64,000 nt of DNA. It comes from an uncultured Bacteroidia bacterium. Its GTDB lineage: Bacteria; Bacteroidota; Bacteroidia; NS11-12g; UBA9320. A program made the position numbers and the translations under genes. Below the pieces are notes generated by a model, which saw only the letters and a list, made by a program, of their open reading frames with translations, searched no databases and was not told the origin of the DNA. The stretch lies in the NCBI GenBank assembly GCA_943789165.1, contig CALSTB010000005.1, forward strand, positions 56,398 through 120,397, in the 5' to 3' direction. Of this stretch, positions 27,878 through 38,858 are shown piece after piece. How positions within the stretch are numbered: position 1 is the first letter of the stretch; each line of letters opens with the position of its first letter.

Positions 27878-28726
27878 ATGAAGCTTAACAACGATATATT
27901 AGAAGTAGAAATTGCAACTTTAGGGGCAGAATTGCAAAGCATAAAAAGCGTTACCACCGTTAAAGAATACTTGTGGCAATCAGATCCAGCTGTGTGGGCA
28001 CGACAGGCGCCTTTGTTGTTTCCGGTAGTTGGGCAGTTGAAAAATGACAATTACAAAATAGGAGACGAAAAGTATACGCTTGGCAAACACGGCTTTGCGC
28101 GTGACTCTGAGTTTGAGTTAGTCAAATGGAATCCAACAGAGGCCGTTTTTTCTCTCAAGTCTTCGGCAGACACCTTTAAGTCGTACCCGTTTCATTTTGA
28201 TTTCAGAGTAGGGTACAAGCTTGAGGACAATACAATTGTACAAAGCTTCGAGGTGATGAATACCGACAATCAAAACATACCTGTCAGTTTTGGCGCGCAT
28301 CCAGCCTTTAACGCTGATCCGATAGAAGGTCATTACGTTGAGTTTGAAAAAGCGGAAGACCAAGAATCGGTGATTATTGAAGACGGCATTCGCGTGAATA
28401 AATCCATTCCTGTATTTAACCAGAATAAGATTCAATTAACACAATCCATATTCGACAACGATGCACTCATTTTTAGCAAGTTGAATTCAAAAAGCGTTGT
28501 ATTGAAAAACAACCAACATGAAACCTTGGTAGAAGTTAAATTTGAGGGCTTTCCGTTTCTCGGTATTTGGGCCAAACCAAAAGCCAATTATGTGTGTATT
28601 GAACCATGGTGTGGAATTGCTGATCACCAAGATCACAATTTGAATATATTCGAGAAAGAAGGCATCTTGGTAATTGCTCCGGGAGGAAAGGAAAATCGAA
28701 CGATGAAAATGATTTTTGGCGTCTAG
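27878..28726 (+). CDS. Aldose 1-epimerase family protein (galactose mutarotase-like)
   Basis: Mutarotase-like beta-sandwich motifs (HGFARD, FGAHPAFN, GIEPWCG). Length is 282 aa. Confidence 0.75.
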   Translation: MKLNNDILEVEIATLGAELQSIKSVTTVKEYLWQSDPAVWARQAPLLFPVVGQLKNDNYKIGDEKYTLGKHGFARDSEFELVKWNPTEAVFSLKSSADTFKSYPFHFDFRVGYKLEDNTIVQSFEVMNTDNQNIPVSFGAHPAFNADPIEGHYVEFEKAEDQESVIIEDGIRVNKSIPVFNQNKIQLTQSIFDNDALIFSKLNSKSVVLKNNQHETLVEVKFEGFPFLGIWAKPKANYVCIEPWCGIADHQDHNLNIFEKEGILVIAPGGKENRTMKMIFGV

Positions 28727-29952
28727 CCTACAATCTTTCCAACGCTTTCACCGAAACCAACTCGTCTCGTTTCATCTTGGCAAAAAGCACGCATCGTAAT
28801 GGTGTCGCCATCTAAAATGAACTTACGCGTATCGCCATTTTGCAATGGAATGTCTTTTTTACCACCCCAACTCAACTCCAACATACTGCCGTAGCTGTTT
28901 TCGTCTTTACCGCTGATGGTACCACTCGCCATAACGTCTCCAACATTCACATTACAGCCATTAACGGTGTGATGAGCCAGTTGTTGCGCCATGTTCCAGT
29001 AAATGTATTTGAAATTACTTTTACTGATGGTGGTTGGGCCACTTCCTTCAGGGATCAAATCCACCTCAAGGCTGATGTCAAAGTTTTTATCTCCTTCATA
29101 TTGTAAGTATGGCAATACGGCTGGTTCTTGTTTCACACTCGCACAACGGAAAGGCTCAAGTGCCTCCATTGTTACAATCCATGGTGCCATGGTCGAGGCA
29201 AAGTTTTTGGCTAAGAAAGGCCCGAGTGGCACGTATTCCCACTTCTGAATGTCTCTTGCACTCCAGTCATTGAAGACCGTCATACCAAAAATGTGGTCTT
29301 CTGCCTGACTTACCGGAATAGCTGAGCCCAACTCTGTTTGACGCCCGACGATGAACGCCATTTCCAATTCAAAGTCTACTCGTTTACTTGGACCAAAAAC
29401 TGGTTGCGTTGCATCCGGTGGAATGGTTTGTCCGTTTGGTCGTTTGATATCAGTACCACTTACTACAATAGAGCTTGCTCTTCCGTGGTATCCAACAGGA
29501 ATGTGTCTCCAGTTAGGTAACAAGGCATTGGCTGGGTCTCTAAACATTTTACCTACGTTGGTAGCATGTTCGATACTGCTATAAAAATCGGTATAATCCC
29601 CAATGTGAATAGGTAAAACCATAGTGGCATTCAATCGATCCACTAAAATGGTATCTCGGTGTTTATGTAAATCAGAGTTTGAATCCGACAAAGCAGTTTG
29701 CAAGTATTGTCTTAATGCCGACCAACTCGCTTTACCAGTAGCAATAAAGTCGTTTAAAGTGGTAGCATTAAAAACAGACGCATCTATAGATAAACCATTG
29801 AACAATCCCAATTCACTAGATTTTCTCAAGTCGATCATCCAATCACCAATGGCGACACAAGGTGTTGGTTTTCCGTCGCGTTTAAATACGCCGTACGGTA
29901 GATTATGTATTGAAAAGTCGTGAAAATCAGATACGTTTAACCAGTTTTGCAT
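28723..29952 (-). CDS. fahA: Fumarylacetoacetase (tyrosine/homogentisate catabolism)
   Basis: The N-terminal FAH_N domain has DFHDFSIHNLPYGVF. The C-terminal FAA-hydrolase domain follows. Length is 409 aa. Confidence 0.85.
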   Translation of the reverse strand: MQNWLNVSDFHDFSIHNLPYGVFKRDGKPTPCVAIGDWMIDLRKSSELGLFNGLSIDASVFNATTLNDFIATGKASWSALRQYLQTALSDSNSDLHKHRDTILVDRLNATMVLPIHIGDYTDFYSSIEHATNVGKMFRDPANALLPNWRHIPVGYHGRASSIVVSGTDIKRPNGQTIPPDATQPVFGPSKRVDFELEMAFIVGRQTELGSAIPVSQAEDHIFGMTVFNDWSARDIQKWEYVPLGPFLAKNFASTMAPWIVTMEALEPFRCASVKQEPAVLPYLQYEGDKNFDISLEVDLIPEGSGPTTISKSNFKYIYWNMAQQLAHHTVNGCNVNVGDVMASGTISGKDENSYGSMLELSWGGKKDIPLQNGDTRKFILDGDTITMRAFCQDETRRVGFGESVGKIVG

Positions 29953-30017
29953 GTTGCTTTTTTTGAGGCTTCGAAATTAATCATTATCCATTATCCGAGC
30001 CTATATTCGCCGCTGAA

Positions 30018-31079
30018 ATGTATTCCCTACTTAAGAAATTTCTATTTAAACTCGACGCAGAAAAGGCCCATCACCTGACGACAAGCTTACTTCGGTTTGC
30101 ACGTAAAATGGGTATTTTACGTATCATCCAAAAGCTCATGGTTGGAAAGGTGCACCACCAACCAATACAAGTTGCTGGACTAACTTTTCGCAACAAGCTA
30201 GGACTTGCTGCTGGATTTGATAAAAACGCGGAATACTTGCGTGAAATGGAGATTTTGGGTTTTGGTTCTGTGGAAATTGGCACCGTAACCCCATTGGGTC
30301 AGGAAGGCAATCCAAAGCCAAGGCTGTTTCGATTACCGAACGACACGGCACTTATTAACCGCATGGGTTTTAACAACGAAGGTGTTGAGGCTGCAGCCTT
30401 TTTATTGGAATTATACCGCCGTCAACATCCACGTAGTAAAATGATTATTGGTGGGAACATCGGCAAGAATAAAGTAACACCTAATGAAGAAGCGCACGAA
30501 GACTACCGCAAGTGTTTTGAACGCTTGTATGGATTGGTGGATTATTTTGTCGTGAACGTTAGTTCGCCGAATACCCCGAACCTTAGAGCGTTACAGGACA
30601 AAGATTCGTTGCGAGTGATCTTTCAAACCCTGAGAAATGTTGAGCCAGAGTTGATCAAACACACTGAAAAACAGCGGCCGTTATTTGTCAAGATTTCACC
30701 AGACAATTCATTTGAGCAAATCGACGATATTTTGTCGTTGGTGAAGGAATACAACCTTGCAGGCATTGTTGCTACTAACACCACCATTTCAAGAGATGAT
30801 TTAGCCACTTCTTCTGACCTTGTTTCTAACATCGGAGCGGGTGGTTTAAGCGGCAAACCTGTCCAACAGCGTTCTGATGAGGTAGTTGCCTATATCCACA
30901 GCAAAGATAAGGCTATCGTGATTATTGGGGTAGGAGGTATTCAAACTGGTGAAGATGCATTACAAAAAATCAATGCTGGCGCCGACTTAGTGCAAGTGTA
31001 TTCGTGCTTTATCTATGAAGGTCCGAAAATGATATCACGGATTACTCAGCGCATAGCTGAGGGAATTCTTAATGCTTAA
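30018..31079 (+). CDS. pyrD: Dihydroorotate dehydrogenase (quinone), class 2
   Basis: N-terminal membrane-association helix, FRNKLGLAAGFDKN, GFGSVEIGTVTP. Length is 353 aa. Confidence 0.95.
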   Translation: MYSLLKKFLFKLDAEKAHHLTTSLLRFARKMGILRIIQKLMVGKVHHQPIQVAGLTFRNKLGLAAGFDKNAEYLREMEILGFGSVEIGTVTPLGQEGNPKPRLFRLPNDTALINRMGFNNEGVEAAAFLLELYRRQHPRSKMIIGGNIGKNKVTPNEEAHEDYRKCFERLYGLVDYFVVNVSSPNTPNLRALQDKDSLRVIFQTLRNVEPELIKHTEKQRPLFVKISPDNSFEQIDDILSLVKEYNLAGIVATNTTISRDDLATSSDLVSNIGAGGLSGKPVQQRSDEVVAYIHSKDKAIVIIGVGGIQTGEDALQKINAGADLVQVYSCFIYEGPKMISRITQRIAEGILNA

Positions 31080-31134
31080 TTATTAATTTTGAATGTCTGG
31101 AGTGCACATCTGCTCATAGCAAATTCATTGGAAA

Positions 31135-31494
31135 ATGAACATCAAAACACATCAAGTAGCTGATTTAATAATTGCTGAAGTCTCGTCCGATGAATACATC
31201 ATCAACAATACAGATGACGGACTTGATTTCCTCGGTACTTTATACTTTCAGGGTTTTGATAAAGTAACTATTAATGAAACGAATGTGGTGCCGGTATTTT
31301 TTGATCTCAAAAATGGTATGGCCGGTGAGATTCTTCAGAAATTCTCAAACTACAGAGTACAGCTTGTTATAGTGGGTGACTTTTCAAAATACGAAAGTAA
31401 AAGCCTGGCTGATTTCATAAGTGAAAGTAACAAAGGCAGGCAAGTGAATTTTGTCTCGTCAATCACGGAAGCGATTGGTAGATTGTCTGCTTAA
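31135..31494 (+). CDS. DUF4180 domain protein
   Basis: Family-level similarity only; 119 aa, cytoplasmic. Confidence 0.45.
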   Translation: MNIKTHQVADLIIAEVSSDEYIINNTDDGLDFLGTLYFQGFDKVTINETNVVPVFFDLKNGMAGEILQKFSNYRVQLVIVGDFSKYESKSLADFISESNKGRQVNFVSSITEAIGRLSA

Positions 31495-31587
31495 TACACT
31501 AAACTTTTAGATGTAGGAAACAGGAGTAAATTTGACGAGCCAGTGTTATAAGCTTCAATTTTCCTAACTTTGAGAAGCATAGAGACC

Positions 31588-32004
31588 ATGAAACTAAAGT
31601 TGCAATTATTCTTATTAGGATGGTTATTTCTTGGATGCCGTGATTCTGGGGAGTTTCCAAGTGCTGCCGGACCATATGTCTATTACTACATAAATAATCA
31701 AACAAGTCGAGATTTGTTTACAAGTGGGTCGTTCAACTCTGGCAACGATTTCGATACCGTAGTGCTGCCTTATGGTATGACGACAAATTTTATTTTTACC
31801 CAAGCTTACTATCCGGAATTTGGCAAACCATCTGCGAGCTTAAATCTGATAAACCTGATGGACCAAGATTCAATTAACTACAAAGTGGTTTATAGTCAAG
31901 AGCCATTAATCGATTCATTGTGGGAAACGCATGATTATGATTCAATTCCCAATTTTTCAGAAGAGCACTGGACACTAACCGTAGTTGACTCGATGCTCCA
32001 ATAG
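31588..32004 (+). CDS. Hypothetical lipoprotein
   Basis: Signal peptide MKLKLQLFLLGWLFLGC with a lipobox; no family assigned. Confidence 0.4.
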   Translation: MKLKLQLFLLGWLFLGCRDSGEFPSAAGPYVYYYINNQTSRDLFTSGSFNSGNDFDTVVLPYGMTTNFIFTQAYYPEFGKPSASLNLINLMDQDSINYKVVYSQEPLIDSLWETHDYDSIPNFSEEHWTLTVVDSMLQ

Positions 32005-32023
32005 CGTCGATCCAAACCAGTAA

Positions 32024-32060
32024 TCAAGAATTAAACATTAAGAATTAAAAATTAAGAATT
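32024..32060. repeat. Short tandem repeat (AAGAATTAAA-like) x3-4 in an intergenic region
   Basis: aatcaagaattaaacattaagaattaaaaattaagaatta. Confidence 0.6.
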
Positions 32061-33048
32061 ATTTGCCGTCCGGCAACGTAATGCCTTCCTCAACTTCCTT
32101 TTGCTCGTCGCCTTTTTTGCGTTGTTTTTCGGTGATACCGGTATATCGACGTGGGTATTTGATGATGTCATTGACCAATGAATCTAGGTCGTGGGTCGCT
32201 TTGTTAAGATTGTTCCATAAAGCATCGTCCGTGGCAAGTTTGCCTAGTGAGCCTTCCCCAGCCTGAATCGAACTTAAGGTCTTTTTGATTTCAGATATTG
32301 CGGCAGTCATCTCTGTCGAAAGTCCCTTTAAATCCATTGCAGCCAATTCTTGTGTGGTTTCATCCAAACTTGCGACAATCTCATTAATCTTTGGTGTGCT
32401 GGTTTTTAAGTCTTTGGTCATGCTTTCAATGTTTGAAAGAATCGCATCCACTTGAGCATCTTTTCCATCCAACAAAGCGTTCATCTTTACAGCAGTGGTT
32501 TTAAACGATGCCAAGGCCTCACTTAAATCTTGTAATGTCGAGTTTAAACTAACGTCTGAAATGGCAGCGTCAACGTTGCCTAGTACTTTATTTATACTTT
32601 CGGATAAAGGTGACAAAACACTGGTTAAGGCTTGCGCCATTCCAGCATCTTTTTTAGAAATCAACGTGTCACCAGTTACCGCCAAGGTTGGCAGGGCTAT
32701 ACTATCATGAGGAATAATGATTTCAATTGCCTTACTACCAAGTAAGTCGTTGTTCGTAATTTTTAAAGTAGAATTTTTCGGGATTTCCAATTCTTTAGGA
32801 ACCTGAACACTAACGATTACTTGTCGAGATTTATAATCCATTTCTACGGAAGTGACGGTCCCAACCGATACGCCATGAAAAACGACAGGGTTGGAGCGAA
32901 ACAGTCCATCAACTTTATCATAAACGGCGTAATAGGTATTGTTTTTTGAAAACAAGGTTTCGCCCTTTAAAAAATTGAATCCGAGTATCAGAACAGTGAT
33001 CGCAAAAGCAGCAATTAATCCGACTTTGGTTTCGTTGGAAACTTTCAT
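32059..33048 (-). CDS. MlaD/MCE-domain protein with long C-terminal coiled-coil
   Basis: N-terminal TM segment, an MCE domain (VYDKVDGLFRSNPVVFHGVSVGTV), then a Q/A/L-rich coiled coil. Confidence 0.75.
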   Translation of the reverse strand: MKVSNETKVGLIAAFAITVLILGFNFLKGETLFSKNNTYYAVYDKVDGLFRSNPVVFHGVSVGTVTSVEMDYKSRQVIVSVQVPKELEIPKNSTLKITNNDLLGSKAIEIIIPHDSIALPTLAVTGDTLISKKDAGMAQALTSVLSPLSESINKVLGNVDAAISDVSLNSTLQDLSEALASFKTTAVKMNALLDGKDAQVDAILSNIESMTKDLKTSTPKINEIVASLDETTQELAAMDLKGLSTEMTAAISEIKKTLSSIQAGEGSLGKLATDDALWNNLNKATHDLDSLVNDIIKYPRRYTGITEKQRKKGDEQKEVEEGITLPDGK

Positions 33049-33135
33049 TTAATTCTTTCTATCAACTTAAAGCCCAAAGATAGGGAATCAACAGATTCAG
33101 GCTACTCTTTGACGATAATTCACATGAAATGTGGG

Positions 33136-33927
33136 TTACTTTTCGAGCTTCGACTTATATTCTACAACGGACTCAAAGATTGAATGGGCAATTTTATTTT
33201 GACCTGCGTCAGAAACCAAATATTGCTTTTCATCCGGATTGGTTAAAAATCCCGATTCAACAAGGATGCTTGGCATAGCTGTTTTCCATAACACTACAAA
33301 TCCAGCCTCCTTTACACCAAGGTTTTTGCGGATATGCTTTTTCTCAACCGTTTTCTGGAAAGTTGAGGCAAGTGTCAAACTTTGTGTTCTATAAGCGTTT
33401 TGGTATAAGCTCAATATAATGTGACCTTCATCCGAATCAGGATCAAAGCCGCCATATTCCGCGTTCTCCTTGTAATCTTCTTCTAAGATTATGGAGTTGT
33501 TCTCTCGTTTACTGACTTCTAGGTTCCCCTGACTCTTACTCAATCCCATAACATACGTTTCAGTTCCATGAAACGTGGATTGTGCATGTGCATTACAATG
33601 CACAGAGATAAATAAGTCGGCGTTATTCTGATTGGCAATTGCTGCCCGTTGCCATAATGGAACAAATTTGTCTGTACTCCTGGTATAGATCACCTTAATG
33701 TTTGGAAGACTGTCGGTAATTTTAGCTCCAAGCTTTTTGGCAATTTTTAAGCAGATGTCTTTTTCATATACATCTTTACCATAAGAAATACATCCAGGAT
33801 CATGTCCACCATGTCCTGCGTCGATAACAATCGTATTTAACGATAATTTTTGAAGGTTTAGCGGATGTGAAGTTGCCACGACCATAAAAACCATCAGAGA
33901 AGCCGATAATGCAATGCGTTTAAGCAT
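33136..33927 (-). CDS. N-acetylmuramoyl-L-alanine amidase (Amidase_3 family)
   Basis: Signal peptide. Zn-binding VIDAGHGGHDPG and a downstream H...E motif. Confidence 0.85.
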   Translation of the reverse strand: MLKRIALSASLMVFMVVATSHPLNLQKLSLNTIVIDAGHGGHDPGCISYGKDVYEKDICLKIAKKLGAKITDSLPNIKVIYTRSTDKFVPLWQRAAIANQNNADLFISVHCNAHAQSTFHGTETYVMGLSKSQGNLEVSKRENNSIILEEDYKENAEYGGFDPDSDEGHIILSLYQNAYRTQSLTLASTFQKTVEKKHIRKNLGVKEAGFVVLWKTAMPSILVESGFLTNPDEKQYLVSDAGQNKIAHSIFESVVEYKSKLEK

Positions 33928-34013
33928 AATGTAATTTATTAGCTGCGTTCAAAGTTATTAACTCTTTATCCACAAAATTTATTGTGTGGTATCAAGTATG
34001 GATTTAGTTAGTT

Positions 34014-36608
34014 TTGAACCCAACATTGAACATGATCAAATTTAAAGGTAGATATATGATTTTCAGGCGGATAGCTTCCAGAGTTATCCCTGTGATTTGT
34101 TGCCTTGTATTGTTTACTGCACAATGCCAATCTCAAGTTTTAGATTCAACACAAGTAGTTGATTCGATTTCTACCTCATTAAAACCAGGAAAAGACGGCG
34201 TAAAATCACCGGTCATGGTCGATGCTGTTGATTCCATCATTACGTCTATCAAAGACAAAAAGATGTACATGTACAAAAAGGCCGTTGTGACCTATGAGGA
34301 CATGAAACTGGAAGCCGATTTTATTGAAGTTGATTTTAATACAAATGAAATTCACGCAAAAGGTTTACCCGATTCGACTGGTGAAATAGTTGGGAAGCCC
34401 ATTTTTACAACAGACGGCAAGCCGTTTAACGCTGATGAAATGTGGTACAATTTCAAAACCAAAAAAGGGATTTCAACTGGAGTTGTGACCACGCAAGAAG
34501 GTGGATTAATACGTGGAGGGAAGATTTTGAAAGACTCCAACGACAATATGTTCATCAAAAATGCGACGTACACCACGTGTAATGCCGAGCACCCGCACTT
34601 TTGGATAGCAGCCAATAAGTTTAAAGTCATCCCAGAAAAGCAAGTGATTAGCGGTCCAGCCAATCTGGTTATCTCTGGAATCAATACACCTATTGTTTTA
34701 CCATTTGGCTTCTTTCCGATCCAAAAGAAAAGATCCAAAGGTTTGGTAGTGGGTAGTTTCGACCAGCAAGATCGATGGGGGTATGGCTTACGTGATTTTG
34801 GTTTTTATACGCCGGTAAATGACAAGCTTGATTTACTCATTTCAGCAGATATTTACCTTAGAGGTAGCTTTGGTTTCTCGGCAAAATCCAATTATAAAAA
34901 ACTGTACCGGTACAATGGCTACGCTTTAATCAAGTACAACAAGTTTATTGAAGGTGAGAAAGAAACTTCCGATTATGAAGAAGTAAACAACTACCGAATC
35001 GAGTGGATTTACCGACAAGATGCGCGTGCAAAACCTGGAAGAACTTTCTCATCGGACGTTAGATATATCACCCGTAATCAACAAAAATATGCGTCAACCG
35101 ACGTAAACGAGATTGTTGCCACAACAGCAAACTCCAGTGTGGCTTACAGTAAAAGTTTTGCTAACCGAATGGTGTTTCTTACCACCAACGGTAGGATAAC
35201 ACAAAACTTGAGTACGGGCGATTTAGACATAGAGTTACCCGAAATGAATGTAAACGTGCAACGTATGCAGCCGTTTAAAAATATGTCTGGACCAAAAGAC
35301 AAATACAAAGTCTTACGGAACTTTGGTTTCAATTATACGACGGCTTTCAGAAACAACGTCAGTGTGAATCAAGATTCCATTTTTAACAAAGCAGGCAAGC
35401 GAACTTTGGAGTTAAATCCTAGTTTTTTAGAAAGTGTTCGAAACGGTGTAAGACATTCTGCCAACTTCAATACGAGTTTTAACGTGTTAAAATATTTCAA
35501 TGTGTCTCCAAATGCATCATTCACTGATTTTTGGTATTTCAAAACAACTGAGAAACTATGGGAGAACGACACCCTACTCGAGGAAGACGTTAAAGGATTC
35601 TCAAGAGCTGCGGCCTATTCAGCAGGTTTTCAGGTGAACACTGTAATATATGGTACCAAGTCTTTTAAAGGACGGGTGCAGGCTGTGAGACACATCATAC
35701 GTCCAACGGTAGGCATGAGTTGGTCACCAGATTACCAGAAATCGTCGAACAGCGGATTCCGATTTGTGCAAACAGATACCAGTGGTACGATTTCTCCATA
35801 CTCAATTTATGAAAACGGCATTTACAGCGGACCGTCAGGAACTGGAAATGGGTCGATTGATTTTTCGGTAAACAACAACTTAGAAATGAAGTTGTTAACG
35901 CCAAACGATACCAGTAATGGGGGCGTAAAAAAGGTAAAAATCATCGAAAGTTTTAACTTTAGTAGTCGATACAACATGTTTGCGGATTCACTAAAATTGA
36001 GACCAATCAACATCACAGCTTTTACCACCTTGTTTAACAAACTAAGAGTTAATTTTTCAACCCGTGTAGATCCATATCAATACGCCTTTGATTCTTCATC
36101 CAATCGCTATACCTCTATAGATAAGTTCACAATAGCTGAAGGGAAACTAGGTGAGCTACGGTCGGGTTCCATACAATTGTCAACCAGTTTAAATCCTGAT
36201 GCGCTGAAAAGACGTTCGAATAACGATGAAGGTGAGTTTGTTTCAGGAATGGACTACTTTATGGATTTTAGTATCCCATGGGATTTGAGTCTTAACTTTA
36301 GTAGCCAGTTTAATCGAAGTGTTGGTGAAACAGAACGCACAAGTGACCAAACGTTAATGTTCAGCGGTAACGTAAAACTTACAGAGTATTGGAAGATTGG
36401 TTTTAGATCTGGTTATAGTTTTACCACTGGTCAACCTGGAATTACGAGTATCGACTTTGCAAGAGACTTGCATTGTTGGGTGTTTAATTTTCATTGGATT
36501 CCTGTAGGAACCTATCGGCAATTCAACTTTGAGTTAAAAGTGAAAGCAGCCATGTTGAAAGACTTGAAAATTAAGAGAAGAGATACCTGGCAGAATCCAA
36601 ACTTTTAG
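34014..36608 (+). CDS. lptD: LptD-like (OstA) LPS-assembly outer membrane protein
   Basis: N-terminal OstA-like region (VVTYEDMKLEADFIEVDFNTNEIHAKG), then a large beta-rich region. Length is 864 aa. It is next to the amidase, as is conserved in Flavobacteriia/Cytophagia. Confidence 0.65.
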   Translation: MNPTLNMIKFKGRYMIFRRIASRVIPVICCLVLFTAQCQSQVLDSTQVVDSISTSLKPGKDGVKSPVMVDAVDSIITSIKDKKMYMYKKAVVTYEDMKLEADFIEVDFNTNEIHAKGLPDSTGEIVGKPIFTTDGKPFNADEMWYNFKTKKGISTGVVTTQEGGLIRGGKILKDSNDNMFIKNATYTTCNAEHPHFWIAANKFKVIPEKQVISGPANLVISGINTPIVLPFGFFPIQKKRSKGLVVGSFDQQDRWGYGLRDFGFYTPVNDKLDLLISADIYLRGSFGFSAKSNYKKLYRYNGYALIKYNKFIEGEKETSDYEEVNNYRIEWIYRQDARAKPGRTFSSDVRYITRNQQKYASTDVNEIVATTANSSVAYSKSFANRMVFLTTNGRITQNLSTGDLDIELPEMNVNVQRMQPFKNMSGPKDKYKVLRNFGFNYTTAFRNNVSVNQDSIFNKAGKRTLELNPSFLESVRNGVRHSANFNTSFNVLKYFNVSPNASFTDFWYFKTTEKLWENDTLLEEDVKGFSRAAAYSAGFQVNTVIYGTKSFKGRVQAVRHIIRPTVGMSWSPDYQKSSNSGFRFVQTDTSGTISPYSIYENGIYSGPSGTGNGSIDFSVNNNLEMKLLTPNDTSNGGVKKVKIIESFNFSSRYNMFADSLKLRPINITAFTTLFNKLRVNFSTRVDPYQYAFDSSSNRYTSIDKFTIAEGKLGELRSGSIQLSTSLNPDALKRRSNNDEGEFVSGMDYFMDFSIPWDLSLNFSSQFNRSVGETERTSDQTLMFSGNVKLTEYWKIGFRSGYSFTTGQPGITSIDFARDLHCWVFNFHWIPVGTYRQFNFELKVKAAMLKDLKIKRRDTWQNPNF

Positions 36609-38857
36609 CGCTGGAAAGGATCTATCTCACTACCCACTGATGTATTGTCCGTAGGTTGTTTGTACTTGTCACAATCCAATTCAATCGTAAATTCAATTTC
36701 AGGTTTGTTGAAATCGTTTTTGTTGATGCTAATTTTTGAATCCTTTTTAATGGATTGCATAAACAAACCAAAAATAGGCAAAGCCATGTTCGCACCTTGA
36801 CCTAATGATGTTGAACGGAAATGCACTTGTCGGTCTTCTGCACCAACCCAACATCCTCCTACTAAGTCAGGTGAAATGCCCATAAACCAACCATCAGAGT
36901 TGTTTTGCGTCGTTCCTGTCTTACCGCCTACTGGGAAGCCAATACCATATCGCGTACGTAATCTAGTAGCTGTACCGCCTTCTGGTATTTTTTGAAGCAT
37001 TTTACACATCACATAAGCAGTTTGAATGTTCATCGCTTCTTCTGTTTTGGGTATAAACTCAGCCAAAACGTTGCCATGTTTGTCTTCAATACGCGTGATA
37101 AAAATAGGTTCAGTCCAAACGCCATTATTGGCAAAAGCACTGTACGCCCCAACCATTTCATAAACGGAGATGTCCATCGTTCCTAAACAAATAGAAGGGT
37201 AAGGCATAAACTTCTTTGTGTCGATGCCGAGTTTGTCGCTAAAGTCTTTCACCTTAAGCGGTGAATTTGGCTCCATACGCTTCATCACACGCGCAGTCAT
37301 GGTGTTATGCGAATGTTTCAATCCTTCATAAATCGGCAAAGGATCCGCCTTTGGTTTGCTGGAGTTTTGTGGTGTCCACGTACTTCCGTCTTCCGACTCA
37401 AACGTCACTGGACCACTCGAAATCAGCTCACAAGGTTGAATGATTTGATCTTCAATCGCTCTTGCATAGACGATTGGTTTGAAAGTCGAACCAACTTGTC
37501 GGGTCGACCATTTGTTGACATGGTCATACTGGAAATGAGCAAAGTCAATACCACCAACCCACGCTTTGATATACCCATTTTTTGGGTCCATCGCCATAAA
37601 GCCAGTGTGTAGTATCTGTTTGTAATATTTTAAAGAGTCGATGGGCGACATCGTAGTGTCGATTGTTCCCTTGCATGAAAAAATCCGCATAGGAACGGCC
37701 GTTTTCATTTTAATATCAATTTCGGCATCGGAAAGACCTTCTTTTTTGGCCAACTTATATTGTTGTGTGTTTTTTAAATGCTTGGGAATATAGTTTTTGT
37801 CCTCATTCCAAGCATTCTCCTCATCGCGCCACGGCATAGTCTTGGTGCGCTTTATCTCGCCATAAAGTTGTTCTTGCAAACTCGACATGTGCTTCTCGAC
37901 AGCGTCTTCCGCATATTGCTGCATTCGACTATCAATAGTGGTATAGACTTTTAATCCATCCGAGTAAATGTTGAACCCGTTTTTCTTACACCATCTTTTC
38001 ATAAACTGATGTACTTGCTCACGGAGATATGTAGCCATGCCTCGGTTGTGAGATGAGAAATTGTAGTCCAATACGAGTTCCAAGCTTTTAATGCTATCAC
38101 ACTGAATTTCAGCTAGGTAGTCGTATTTTTCCATCTGGTTTAACACGACGTTACGCACGTGTTTTGCGTTGTTTGGATTCCGGTATGGGTCGTATTTAGA
38201 AGGCGCTCGTAGCATGCCCACCAATACCGCAGCTTCTTCGATATTTAAGGAAGCTACTGGCTTGTTAAAAAACGTTTTGGCAGCTGATTTAATCCCGGAA
38301 CTATTCCCCCAACGCACCGTATTGAAATATAAGGTGATGATTTCATGTTTGGTGTATTCCCGTTCAAGTTTAACGGCGATAATCCATTCCTTAAACTTCA
38401 TCAGTACACGTTGTATTTTGTTTTTTGACTCTAAGTCGTGGAACAGATTTTTCGCCAATTGTTGACTAATCGTACTTCCTCCTCCGTCGCGACCAAGTTT
38501 CGATACTGCACGTATAAGTGCCTTGATGTCAATACCACTGTGTTTGTAAAATCTAGCATCTTCAGTAGCTACAAGTGCGTTTACCATGTACTCTGGTAAA
38601 TCGTTGTATTCTATGTTCGTTCTATTTTCTAAACGGTATAATTTGCCGAGTAACTCGTTGTCGTCAGAGTATATTTCGGTAGCCAATGTTGTGTTTGGAT
38701 TGGCAACTTCATTTACGTCAGGCATATAACCCCACCAGCCCCAACTCACGGTAAACATGAAAAGGATGAATGCGCCTAAGCCAATGAAATAGTATTTCCA
38801 CAACAGGCGAGGAATGTTTCGCTTCCCTGTTTTTTTGGATGTCTTTTTGCCGAACAT
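36605..38857 (-). CDS. mrcA: Penicillin-binding protein 1A (bifunctional glycosyltransferase/transpeptidase)
   Basis: GT51 motifs (EDARFYKHSGID, RxGGSTISQQ) and transpeptidase SxxK (STFKP). Length is 750 aa. Confidence 0.9.
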   Translation of the reverse strand: MFGKKTSKKTGKRNIPRLLWKYYFIGLGAFILFMFTVSWGWWGYMPDVNEVANPNTTLATEIYSDDNELLGKLYRLENRTNIEYNDLPEYMVNALVATEDARFYKHSGIDIKALIRAVSKLGRDGGGSTISQQLAKNLFHDLESKNKIQRVLMKFKEWIIAVKLEREYTKHEIITLYFNTVRWGNSSGIKSAAKTFFNKPVASLNIEEAAVLVGMLRAPSKYDPYRNPNNAKHVRNVVLNQMEKYDYLAEIQCDSIKSLELVLDYNFSSHNRGMATYLREQVHQFMKRWCKKNGFNIYSDGLKVYTTIDSRMQQYAEDAVEKHMSSLQEQLYGEIKRTKTMPWRDEENAWNEDKNYIPKHLKNTQQYKLAKKEGLSDAEIDIKMKTAVPMRIFSCKGTIDTTMSPIDSLKYYKQILHTGFMAMDPKNGYIKAWVGGIDFAHFQYDHVNKWSTRQVGSTFKPIVYARAIEDQIIQPCELISSGPVTFESEDGSTWTPQNSSKPKADPLPIYEGLKHSHNTMTARVMKRMEPNSPLKVKDFSDKLGIDTKKFMPYPSICLGTMDISVYEMVGAYSAFANNGVWTEPIFITRIEDKHGNVLAEFIPKTEEAMNIQTAYVMCKMLQKIPEGGTATRLRTRYGIGFPVGGKTGTTQNNSDGWFMGISPDLVGGCWVGAEDRQVHFRSTSLGQGANMALPIFGLFMQSIKKDSKISINKNDFNKPEIEFTIELDCDKYKQPTDNTSVGSEIDPFQR

Positions 38858-38858
38858 G

